Positions 1 through 10,042 of a DNA stretch of 64,000 bases are shown piece after piece (the stretch's first letter is position 1; each line of letters begins with the position of its first letter). The notes under the pieces are model-generated. The model did no database searches and was not told the origin of the DNA. It saw nothing but the letters and a program-made list of their open reading frames with translations. The position numbers and the translations under genes were made by a program. This stretch comes from Caulobacteraceae bacterium (GTDB lineage: Bacteria > Pseudomonadota > Alphaproteobacteria > Caulobacterales > Caulobacteraceae). The stretch spans positions 268,745 through 332,744 of the forward strand of contig CBDIQV010000005.1 of the NCBI GenBank assembly GCA_965284055.1, written 5' to 3'.

Positions 1-783
1 CTGGACGCCATGGCGATTCGCGCGCCGGCCGGCGTGGTTGAGCGCCGCTTCGTTCTGGCCCACGCGCTTCGCGCCCTGGCCGTTGAGGGTCGCCTCACGG
101 TGTTCGGACCCAAGGATCGGGGCGGCCTGCGTCTGCGCAAGGAACTCGAAGCCTTCGGCTGTGTCGTTGGCGAGAGCTCCAAGAAGCACAACCGGATCTG
201 CGTCGCCCTGCGGCCGGCTCAGCCTTTGGGCCTGGCAGAAGCCATCGAGGCCGGCGCGCGCCGCCAGGGCGCTGATGGGCTCTGGACCCAGCCCGGCGTC
301 TTCAGCTGGGACCGCCTGGACCCCGGCACGGACCTTCTGCTCAAGACCCTGCCCGCCCTGTCCGGTACGGGCGCGGATTTCGGTTGCGGCATCGGCTGGC
401 TGTCGAAGGCGATCCTGACCTCGCCCAAGGTGACCAAGCTGGCCCTGGTCGATCTGGACCGCCGGGCGGTGGATGCGGCCTGCCGCAATATCGATGATCC
501 GCGCGCCACCTTCCTCTGGGATGACGTCCGCCAGACCGCCCCGACGCTTGGAAGCCTGGATTTCGTCGTCACCAACCCGCCGTTCCATGAAACCGGTGGT
601 GAGGACCGGTCTCTGGGCCAGGGCTTCATCCGCGTGGCCGCCGCGTCGCTGCGCAAGGGCGGCGACCTGTGGCTGGTGGCCAACCGGCACCTTCCTTACG
701 AGGCCATCCTCAACGAGCACTTCGCCAAGGTTCGTCTCGCCGGCGAAACCAACGGTTACAAGGTCTATGAGGCCCGCAAGTGA
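1..783 (+). CDS. class I SAM-dependent methyltransferase, RsmC/RsmD-like rRNA (guanine-N2) methyltransferase; 5' end may lie upstream of the window
   Basis: ORF 10..783 is open to the window edge. It carries the SAM-binding DFGCGIG motif and the catalytic NPPFH motif. Its stop overlaps the next gene start at 780. Confidence 0.7.
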   Translation: MDAMAIRAPAGVVERRFVLAHALRALAVEGRLTVFGPKDRGGLRLRKELEAFGCVVGESSKKHNRICVALRPAQPLGLAEAIEAGARRQGADGLWTQPGVFSWDRLDPGTDLLLKTLPALSGTGADFGCGIGWLSKAILTSPKVTKLALVDLDRRAVDAACRNIDDPRATFLWDDVRQTAPTLGSLDFVVTNPPFHETGGEDRSLGQGFIRVAAASLRKGGDLWLVANRHLPYEAILNEHFAKVRLAGETNGYKVYEARK

Positions 784-1524
784 CCAAGGCGCTGATGGCG
801 CGCCTCGACCGGCTGCTGGCCAATCTGGGCTATGGCAGCCGCAAGGACGTGCAGGCGCTGATCTCCGGCGGCAAGGTCGTGCTGGACGGCAAGATCCTGA
901 AGGATGTCGGGACCAAGGTCGCCGTCACCGCCGATCTGCCCGAACGCATGACCATCCGGGGCGCGCCGGTCGACCCGCCCGCGCCGCTGGTGCTGATCAT
1001 GCACAAGCCGCTGGGCGTGGTGTGCTCGGGCCAGCCCGAGCCGACGGCGAGCGGATCTATGACCTGCTGCCCAGGCGCTGGCGGATCCGCGATCCGGGCC
1101 TGTCGACGGTCGGCCGGCTGGACAAGGACACCTCGGGCCTGATCCTGATCACCGACGATGGCGACTATCTGCACCGGGTTATCTCGCCCAAGCGCCATGT
1201 GCCCAAGACCTATCTGGCCACCCTCGACCGCCCCTGAACGGCTCAGAGACCGCGCTGTTCGCGGCGGGTGAACTGATGCTGGAGGGCGAGGAAAAGCCGC
1301 TGCTGCCGGCGACGCTCGACGTCATCGATCCGCTGCACGCCCGCCTGACGATCACGGAAGGACGGTATCATCAGGTTCGGCGGATGTTCGCGGCGACCGG
1401 CAACCACGTGAACGCCCTGCACCGGGAAACGATCGGCGGCCTGAGCCTGCCGGCCGATCTGGAACCCGGCCAATACCGGATCCTTCCGGCTGATGTCGCC
1501 GAGCAGGTGTTCGGCGATGGCTGA
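780..1524 (+). pseudogene. RsuA/RluB-family rRNA pseudouridine synthase (S4 domain plus catalytic domain), frame broken twice
   Basis: The S4-like N-terminus is in ORF 780..1142. The protein continues in the frame of ORF 473..1237 (GRLDKDTSGLILITDDG) and then in ORF 1276..1524 (EGRYHQVRRMF). The second break is at the C4 run 1231-1234; adding one C restores ...LDRPLNGSETALFAAGELMLEGEEK. Confidence 0.85.
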
Positions 1525-1750
1525 GCCGATCCTGGTGGATGCGCGCGGCCACCGCTGTCCGGTGCCGACCCTGCGACTGCGGCGGGCGCTGGAGGCGGCG
1601 GAGCCTGGGCAACAGGTTCGCCTGATCGCCGACGATCCCCTGGCCCGCATCGACGTCCCGCATTTCTCGGCCAGCGCCGGCGCAACGGTAATCTCGATCA
1701 CCGATGAACCGGGCGGCGCGATCAGCTTTGTGGTGTCGAAGGCGCCTTGA
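1517..1750 (+). CDS. TusA/SirA-like sulfurtransferase
   Basis: ORF 1493..1750 has the DARGHRCPVP (CPxP) active-site motif. The ATG at 1517 overlaps the upstream stop. Confidence 0.75.
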   Translation: MAEPILVDARGHRCPVPTLRLRRALEAAEPGQQVRLIADDPLARIDVPHFSASAGATVISITDEPGGAISFVVSKAP

Positions 1751-2705
1751 GGCCAACCGAACTGGAGCTTTCCAGAAGGGCGCGCGGCCGTTCGTCCAGG
1801 GCGATCTCGACCTCGGTGGCCAGGGCGCCGCCCAGGAAGATCGCGTTCACGCTCCACGACAGCCAGATCAGGAAGATGATCACGGCCGAGATCGAGCCGT
1901 AGGTCGCGCCCAGATGGGCGACCTTCTCGACATAGAAGGCCGACGCCCAGGACATGAACAGGCACAGGACCGCCGCAGCGACGCCGCCGGCGATCGAGGC
2001 GCGCCAGCCGACCGGGACGCGCGACATGGCATAGCGATAGACCAGCGTCATGCCGATCACCACGCCCAGGCTGGCCCAGGTCCATTCGCTCTGGATCCAG
2101 GACACGCCGGCCAGGGGCTGGATATCCAGCGCGCTGCCCAGCAGGCGAAACGTCAGGAAGACGCCCGACATCACGAACAGCAGGCCAAAGGCCGCGATCA
2201 GGACGAACAGCGCCATCAGGTTGAAGCCCACGAAGCCGCGCTGATCCTCTTCGTCATGAATGAACGACAGGCCCGCCAGAAGGGCCTTGAAGCCGCGGTG
2301 GGCGGCATAGACGCCGATGACGAGGACGACGGCGCTCTGGGCAGAGACGGTCTGTTCCGGCGCATGGGCCAGGCGGGAGAACTCGTCCTCGAACAGGGCC
2401 CGGGCCTGATAGGGCATCAGGTCGGCCAGGTTATCGGCCTGGGCGGCCGCCTGCTGCGGGGTCAGCAGCAGGCTGTAGATCCCGATCAGGATCGCCAGCC
2501 CCGGAAACACGGCCAGCAGCACGAAGAAGGATACGCCGCCGACGTACAGCATCACGTCGCGGCCCCAGATGCGCTGCAGCGCCAGACCCAGGACACGCAG
2601 GATCTCGCGCGCCCAGTGGATCGGATCCAGATCCAGGTCGCGCCAGCGAATGGGATTGTGGTCTTGCATCGGCCGGAAACTGCCCGCGCCCGGTCCCCGG
2701 CGCAA
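1722..2705 (-). CDS. YihY/BrkB (ribonuclease BN-like) family inner membrane protein
   Basis: 327-aa ORF with several hydrophobic helices and a family-typical N-terminal region (RDVMLYVGGVSFFVLLAVFP). An alternative start lies at 2669. Confidence 0.75.
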   Translation of the reverse strand: MRRGPGAGSFRPMQDHNPIRWRDLDLDPIHWAREILRVLGLALQRIWGRDVMLYVGGVSFFVLLAVFPGLAILIGIYSLLLTPQQAAAQADNLADLMPYQARALFEDEFSRLAHAPEQTVSAQSAVVLVIGVYAAHRGFKALLAGLSFIHDEEDQRGFVGFNLMALFVLIAAFGLLFVMSGVFLTFRLLGSALDIQPLAGVSWIQSEWTWASLGVVIGMTLVYRYAMSRVPVGWRASIAGGVAAAVLCLFMSWASAFYVEKVAHLGATYGSISAVIIFLIWLSWSVNAIFLGGALATEVEIALDERPRALLESSSSVGLKAPSTPQS

Positions 2706-2900
2706 CCCAGGTCCGGCATATCGTTGTTTCGCAACGCCAAAGACGCTGCCGCCTCAGGGAAGCGCGGCGCGTCTCCGCAGGACGGGCCTGAAACCGGCCG
2801 TCGCATCGAGGGACGGATGGCGCGGCGACCGGCATGGCACAAAACTAGAGCCCGCCGGCTGAACCCAGCCTGAACGGCGATGTTGGCCTTGCGGTCATAC

Positions 2901-4028
<1,128 letters not shown>

Positions 4029-4792
4029 GGCGTCCTCCGTATCGACCTTTCAACGCGGTCGTTCGACCGACTTAGAACGGCCCTGACGTTCGGTCATGCA
4101 AGGATTAGATCAGGGCGGAGGGTCGCCCCGGCGAGCCAAGTGCGGCGGATACGACTTTACGACCTCGCGCGGAAACCGCCGAGTTAGTGGGAAGGGTCGC
4201 GGAGCGCCCGGGCCTCGCCCGGATGATTGGATAGTGAATACCGTTTCGACGAAGACAGACGCTCCGCGTAGTCCGTTATCCGGTGAGCCTGCGGGGCGCG
4301 GGGTTTTAACCCGCTCCCGACCTTAGGCCCCCGACGGGTGGAGGGGCTGACGACCCCGTCCAGACCGCATGGGCGATTTCAGCCCATGCCTGTTGCGCAT
4401 CGACGGGCGTCGCCAAAGGGTGTTCCCGGCGGTCCCGGTCCGGCTTCAGCACGTCCGACCCCCGCAAGGACCGATCCGCTCCACCAGACCCTGCCGGGCC
4501 TTAGACGACGGCCGACGGGCGCTTCCCGCTCGACCACCCCTGACAGCCGCAACGGTCGCCGTACGTGCGCCCTTCCCGTGCTGTCAGGTGAGATTGATTA
4601 TGCGGGCGGTTTGAACGCGGAGGATTGGCGCGCTCGGTTTATTTTTAGCGCGTTGATTTCATTGCGGTCCGCACCGAAAGGTACGGGGATCCAGCGCCGT
4701 CTATCCCCGTGGTCGGTCACGCGGGGCGCTCTGCGCGTCATCTGGGTGAGACTAGCAGACGTTCGGTTATGTGCGGGCGCTGGATAGGCCTT

Positions 4793-4892
4793 GCGTCCTT
4801 AGAGGCCTGCTGCGCGGGCGCCTCAGGATGAGGGGCTTTCTACTGATTTCCTCATCCTGAGGTGAGAGCCAGCGGCGAGCCTCGAAGGACGC
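4793..4892. repeat. 100-bp compound palindromic (REP/MITE-like) element
   Basis: A perfect 13-bp inner stem pairs cctcaggatgagg (4821-4833) with cctcatcctgagg (4850-4862) around a 16-nt loop. A 13/14 outer stem pairs gcgtccttagaggc (4793-4806) with gcctcgaaggacgc (4879-4892). Confidence 0.7.
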
Positions 4893-5049
4893 AGAACGCC
4901 GGCCAGCACATGGGCTCAGAGGATGATGAGACTGTCACGCGCCTGCGGCGTTCCATCCCTATCACCGGCCCAAGCCTCTGCTATGTTGCGGCGTCGAATC
5001 TGGTGGTCGATGTCGATCGGGTTCGGCAGGTTTCGGGTCGGAGGTAAGT

Positions 5050-6372
5050 GTGGCGGTAGACGCCCGGATCCTAATTGTGGCGCGTGACGATCTTCGTGCC
5101 GGTCCCCTGGCTGAGGGACTGGACCGTCTTGGCTGGCGAACCATCACCGCGCGGGGCCCCTATGCCGCCCTCGCGGCCCTGGGCGACCTGCCGATCGAGG
5201 CGGTGATCGTCGACCTGGCCAGCGCCGGCCCCGACACCCAGTCCCTGGCCCGTCGCCTGAAGGCGGCCGTCGCGCCGCGTCGCCTGCCCGTCATCGCCAT
5301 CGGCGAGCCGGACGGCGCGCAGATGCAGGCCTTCGACCTGACGCTGTCGCCGCCCCTGCACCCGGCCCAGGCCGCGCTGCGCCTGGAATCGCTGGTGCGC
5401 ACCGCCATCGCCGAGGAAGAGTTCGAGCTGCGGCTGGAAACCTTCGGCGAGCGCGGCCGACGCATGGATCTGCCCGAGCCCCAGCCCTCGCCCTTCCGTA
5501 TCCTGGCCGTCGGCGAGCCCGCGCCGCAGTTCCTGGCCCTGTCCAACGCCCTCAAGCGCAGCGGCGCCGAGGTGGTGGGCGCCTTCACCGCCTATACGGC
5601 CTTCGACTATCTGCACGAGCGGGCCTTTGACTCGGTCGTGCTGTGGGCCGGCGATAATCAGCAGGAAGCCCTGTCGATCGCGGCCGGCATGCGCCGCAAC
5701 ACCCGCCTCTTCCACATCCCGGCCATGCTGTATTTGAAGGCCGAGAGCTATGTGACCATGTCGGAGGCCTTCCATCGCGGGGTGTCCGATGTGGCCTCGC
5801 CCGAGACGCCCGAGGTCGAGACCGCCCGCCGAGTGATGGAGCTGGCCCGTAACTATCGGCGCGGCGAATCGATTCGCGGCGCGCTGGAGAAGGCGCGCAG
5901 CTCGGGTCTGATGGACGCCGCCACCGGCCTTTTCACCCGCGACCTGTTCGCCGCCCACCTGGCGCGCCTGACCAGCGCCGCGCGCGAACGGGCCCGGCCC
6001 CTGTCGATCTGCGTGCTGCGGGTCGCCGACAAGCCCGAGACTGTCTGGGCCCGTCAGAACGGCTGGTTGGACCGCGCCATTCCGCAGATCGGCTCGATGG
6101 TCGGTCGCCTGGTCCGGGTGGAAGACACCGCCGCCCGCCTTGCGCCGGAGGTCTTCGCTCTGGCCCTGCCCGCCACCAACCAGAACGCCGCCCGCGCCGC
6201 CGCCGAGCGGATCGCCGCCGTGATCGGCTGCACCGCCTTCGACGCCGGCGAGGACCGCCCGCCGTTCGTCTGTGAATTCGACATCGGCGTGGCCCAGATC
6301 GAAGGGGGCGAAGGCGCCGTGAAGGCCCTCGAACGGGCGGCCGCCCGGGCGATGCAACGCGAAGCCAGCTGA
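5050..6372 (+). CDS. PleD/PopA-like protein with two receiver domains and a degenerate GGDEF domain (likely c-di-GMP effector rather than cyclase)
   Basis: GTG start with GGAGG about 6 nt upstream. REC1 keeps the acidic pocket (ARDD, VIVDL) while REC2 is degenerate (VVLWAG). In the GGDEF domain the A-site reads APEVF, preceded by an intact RxxD I-site (RVED) five residues upstream. Confidence 0.75.
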   Translation: MAVDARILIVARDDLRAGPLAEGLDRLGWRTITARGPYAALAALGDLPIEAVIVDLASAGPDTQSLARRLKAAVAPRRLPVIAIGEPDGAQMQAFDLTLSPPLHPAQAALRLESLVRTAIAEEEFELRLETFGERGRRMDLPEPQPSPFRILAVGEPAPQFLALSNALKRSGAEVVGAFTAYTAFDYLHERAFDSVVLWAGDNQQEALSIAAGMRRNTRLFHIPAMLYLKAESYVTMSEAFHRGVSDVASPETPEVETARRVMELARNYRRGESIRGALEKARSSGLMDAATGLFTRDLFAAHLARLTSAARERARPLSICVLRVADKPETVWARQNGWLDRAIPQIGSMVGRLVRVEDTAARLAPEVFALALPATNQNAARAAAERIAAVIGCTAFDAGEDRPPFVCEFDIGVAQIEGGEGAVKALERAAARAMQREAS

Positions 6373-6380
6373 GGACGGCC

Positions 6381-7025
6381 ATGGACCAGCCGATGATCGT
6401 GGACGTGGTCGCCGATGTGGTCTGCCCCTGGTGCTATCTGGGCTGGCGGCGGATCAAGACGGCTTTGGCGATGCGGCCCGACCTGAAAGCGACCGTCGTC
6501 TGGCGGCCTTATCAGCTGGATCCGACGCTTCCCGAGGACGGCGTCGATCGCAAGGCCTACATGGCCGCCAAGTTCAAGGATCCGGAGCGGCTGAAGGCCT
6601 CGCACGACGCCCTGGTCGCGGGCGGCGCCGAGGACGGCATCGTCTTCAATTTCGGCGTCATCGAAAAGTCGCCCAACACCAATGCGGCCCATCGCCTGAT
6701 CCGCTGGGCCCTGACCGCCGGGGTTCAGGACGCTGTGGTCGAAGCCCTCTTCGAGGCCTATTTCACCTACGGTCGCGACATCGGCGACCCGATGGTGTTA
6801 GCCGATATCGCCGAAAGCGCGGGCATGGAGCGCCTTGTGGTGCTGCAGCTGCTTTCGGAAGGCGCCGACAAGGAGTCTGTGACGCGCGAGCACAGCATGG
6901 CGGTGCAGGGCGGCGTAACGGGCGTGCCTTTCGCCATTTTCGCGGGCAAGGTTGCGGTCGTCGGGGCCGAGACGCCCGAACGCATCCTGGAGGCCATTGA
7001 CCAGGCCGCCGGCGCGGGCGCCTGA
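6381..7025 (+). CDS. DsbA-family (FrnE / 2-hydroxychromene-2-carboxylate isomerase-like) thiol oxidoreductase
   Basis: 214-aa ORF with an N-terminal VVCPWCYLG thioredoxin-fold CxxC motif. Confidence 0.75.
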   Translation: MDQPMIVDVVADVVCPWCYLGWRRIKTALAMRPDLKATVVWRPYQLDPTLPEDGVDRKAYMAAKFKDPERLKASHDALVAGGAEDGIVFNFGVIEKSPNTNAAHRLIRWALTAGVQDAVVEALFEAYFTYGRDIGDPMVLADIAESAGMERLVVLQLLSEGADKESVTREHSMAVQGGVTGVPFAIFAGKVAVVGAETPERILEAIDQAAGAGA

Positions 7026-7029
7026 AAAG

Positions 7030-7791
7030 CTAGGACAGCCGCCCCTCCCGGGCCAGCAGATGGGCGGCGGCGTCGAAGCCCGCCCAGGCCGCTGCGGCCA
7101 GCGCCCCACCGACACCGACGCGACGCACGCCGACCTCGGCCAGCGGCGCGACGCTTTGGCCCGGCCAGGCCATCAGCACGTTGACGGGTTTGGGCGAAAC
7201 CGTCCTGACGATCTGCTCAATGGCCTCGACCTCGATCACGCCCGGCGCATACAGGCAGTCGGCGCCCGCCTCTGCATAGGCGACCAGGCGATCGAGGGTC
7301 GGCGTCAAGTCCTTGCGACCGATCAGGAAGCCTTCCGTTCGCGCCACCAGCACGACGTCCTGGCCCGAGGCGTCGATGGCCGCCCGCGCCGCCCTGATCC
7401 GCTCGACGGCCAGGGACGGTTCATAGAGATCCCGTCCCACGCGATCCTCGATCGACAGCCCGGCCACGCCGGTCTCGACCGCCAGTCGCACATTGGCCGC
7501 CACCCCTTCGGGGGCGTCGGCGAAGCCGGCCTCGAAATCGGCGTTCACCGGCAGGTCGGTTGCGGCGCACAGCATCCGCAGATGGTCCAGGACCTGATCC
7601 CGGCTCAGGCCGCCGTCATCGGACCCCAGCGCCCAGGCCGCGCCGGCGCTGGTGGAGGCCAGGGCCTTGAAGCCGAGCTTTTTCAGCCGCACCGCGCTGC
7701 CGGCGTCCCAGGGGTTGGGCAGCACGAAACAGCCCTCGTCGTGCATGGCGCGGAAGGCGGCGCGACGGGCGGTGAAGTCGGTCGATGACAT
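7030..7791 (-). CDS. isocitrate lyase/PEP mutase superfamily enzyme (2-methylisocitrate lyase / phosphorylmutase-like)
   Basis: ORF 7030..7905. The probable start is M39 at 7791 (GGAGAG SD upstream). Family motif LPNPWDAGSA and a TIM-barrel-like sequence are present. Confidence 0.7.
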   Translation of the reverse strand: MSSTDFTARRAAFRAMHDEGCFVLPNPWDAGSAVRLKKLGFKALASTSAGAAWALGSDDGGLSRDQVLDHLRMLCAATDLPVNADFEAGFADAPEGVAANVRLAVETGVAGLSIEDRVGRDLYEPSLAVERIRAARAAIDASGQDVVLVARTEGFLIGRKDLTPTLDRLVAYAEAGADCLYAPGVIEVEAIEQIVRTVSPKPVNVLMAWPGQSVAPLAEVGVRRVGVGGALAAAAWAGFDAAAHLLAREGRLS

Positions 7792-7852
7792 GGCGCTCTC
7801 CAGCGAAGTCCCTCTCAATACTCGCGCCCGGCGCCCGATCGTGGCAACAGCC

Positions 7853-9927
7853 TCATCGCGGGATCGACCAGGGGCGTCGCCCGCGCAGGGGCTGGGCCCA
7901 GACAACCCACCAGCCGTCCCCCCGCCGATAGAGCTCGGCGGCCCCGCCCGCCCTGAAGTCCTCAGCGGTCAGCATGACCCTGCCCCGGCAGTCGCCAGGC
8001 GTGGTCGGCGGCGCGGGACCTCTGAGCACCACCACCTCCGCGTCGCGACACAGCAGAGCCAGAGCCTCGCCTTCGGGGCTCCTGCGGGTCCAGGACAGGG
8101 CCAAAGGGGTGGGCGCGTCGCCATCGGGCCGACAGCTCAAATGGTCGCAGAGAAACCCTCCAGCGGTCATCGGCGTCAGGCCGCGCCGACGCGCCCACAG
8201 ATCCACGCCGAACCGGCGGACGTCCGGCCGCAGGACCAGAGCAGCGTGGTCCTGACGCACGGCGGCGGTCGATCCATCCGATGCGATCCAGATGTCAGGC
8301 GCGAGCGGCCGGGGCCACAGGGCGACGGCCAGGGCCATGGGCGCGCCGATCCAGCGCAGCCGCCCGCTCCAAAGACACAGCAGCATCACGCCCAGAAAGG
8401 CGATGACCAGCGTGAAGGGCGGGCCGCTAGGCACGACGGCCTGCCCGCCCAGCGCCTCGAACCTTTGCGCGACCGCGACCATCGCCTCGACGCCCCAGCC
8501 CGCGACGCGCAGGAACGGCTCGCCCCAGCCCAGGCCTTCCAGCGCGGTGCCCACGGCCAGGAAGGGCATGATCACGAAGGACGACAGCGGCGCGACGATC
8601 AGGTTGGCCGGAAGCCCCCAGACGGCGACCCGGTTGAAGTGCTGCATGGCGAAGGGCCCGGTCGCCAGCCCAGCCACGAAACTGGCGCCGATGCTGACGG
8701 CCAACCAGGCGCCGACGCCCTGGATCATCCGGATCGGCCAGGGCACCGAGATCTCCCGCACGGGCCTTGGCCAGCCTTCCGCCAGAGCGATCAGCGCCGC
8801 CGTGGCCGCGAACGACATCTGGAACCCCGGCGCGCCGGCCGCTTCGGGCTGCAACAGCAGGATCAGCAGCGCCGCCAGGGCCAGTCCGTGCAAGGTCACG
8901 GCCTGGCGATCGAACAGGATGGCGGCGAAGGCCACGCTGGCGGTGATCGCGGCGCGCTCGGCGGGCGGCGGCGCGCCCGAGATCACCAGATAGCCCGTGA
9001 CCGACAGCAAGCCCGCCACGGCGGCGATCTTCTTGCCCGGCGCGCGCAGGGCCAGCCACGGCCAGGCGGCGATCCCCAGACGGGCCAGACCGAACACGAA
9101 GCCGCCGACGATGGCCATGTGCAGGCCCGAGATCGACAGGATGTGCGCCAGACCTGAAGCGCGCATGGCCTCGGTCTGCTCCGGCGTGATCCAGGCCTCG
9201 TGACCCGTGACCATGGCCGCGCCGATGCCCCCGCTTGCGGGGCCCATGTGTTCCAGGATCCGCTTTCCCAGTCGCCAGCGGAAGGCGTTGATCGCCATGC
9301 CGGCCCGCAGCCGCCAGGGGGCGGGCTCCAGCTGGATCGTCCGGATCTGACCCAGCGTGAAACCGACGGCGCCCACGGAATCGAACCAGGCGTCGCGGGC
9401 GAAATCATAGGAGCCGGGCGCGGCGGGCGACGGTGGCGGACCCAGGATCGCGCGAAGTCTCAGGCTCGCCCCCGGCTCTGGAACATCGGCGGCGTCGATG
9501 GTGACCCGGATGCGATTGGGGCGTGTCGCGCGGCGCGAGGCCGGAAATCTGGACCGGAGCGATCAGCAGGCGGGGTCCGCCGGCGCCGGGACTGACGACA
9601 TCGACGACGAAGCCTTCCACCCACCGCGGCGCGCGCTCGCCGTCAATGACCGGGGCGGCCACTCGCTCGCTCCGGACCTTGCCCGCAAGGGCCCCGGCTG
9701 AAGCGAAGGTCAGCAGCGCGAGAATCACGGCTACGCCGCGCGGCGAAAAACGGCTGACGAAAGCCCATGTCGCCGCGCAGACGGCCGTCCAGCGCGGCCA
9801 AAGCGATGAACGGCGGTTCGATCGGTAATTCCAGATAGCCGGCCGCGCCCAGGCCAAACCCGACAGGGCTCCAAAGCACCCAGCGATCGAGGTTGACCTC
9901 TGTCTCGTCATGGACGGCCCGGAACAT
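7853..9927 (-). pseudogene. comEC: ComEC/Rec2 family DNA internalisation channel protein, at least 2 frame breaks in the N-terminal part
   Basis: The core and C-terminus are in ORF 7853..9376 (HILSISGLHM, multi-TM). The N-terminal pieces are in the frames of ORF 9405..10034 and ORF 9643..10296 ([18 protein letters not shown]). One break is at the G4 run 9518-9521; removing one base restores ...RDTPNRIRVTIDAADVPEPGASLRLRAILGPPPSPAAPGSYDFARDAWFDSVGAVGF. The start is uncertain. Confidence 0.8.
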
Positions 9928-10042
9928 CGCCGTCGGGCTAGGCCATGCGCGAACCGCCGTGCTAAGACGCGCCGCCCACGCCGCGCTCCGGCGCGAGATC
10001 CCGGCCGTCTCGGCGGCGTCCAGCCTTTCAGCATTGAGTTCG

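Noticed and set aside
4862-5047. 61-codon upstream ORF ending 2 nt before the PopA-like GTG.
   Set aside because: It has no SD, starts inside the palindromic element, and its composition is not coding-like. It is most likely fortuitous.
4029-5049. RNase P RNA, two-piece tmRNA, SRP (4.5S) RNA or a cobalamin riboswitch in the 1-kb intergenic region.
   Set aside because: The universal motifs were not found on either strand. I checked GGAAAGUCCGG and ACAGAACCCGGCUUA for RNase P. For tmRNA I checked a T-arm with TTCGA-type loop plus an ANDN-type tag frame. I also checked GGAA/AGCA helix 8 for SRP and the B12 box. A few weak look-alikes (GGGAAG, ctgtcagg) lack the required context. This was done by eye only, so a covariance-model scan is still warranted.
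9893-10042. Long N-terminal extensions in the ORF track, for example gltX from 9893, fabZ from 20152, skp from 22270, nuoD from 60528 and the PEP-mutase-like gene from 7905.
   Set aside because: The extensions are Arg/Pro-rich and overlap upstream genes or intergenic DNA. Internal Met codons coincide with conserved protein N-termini and with SD-like sequences or stop-start coupling.
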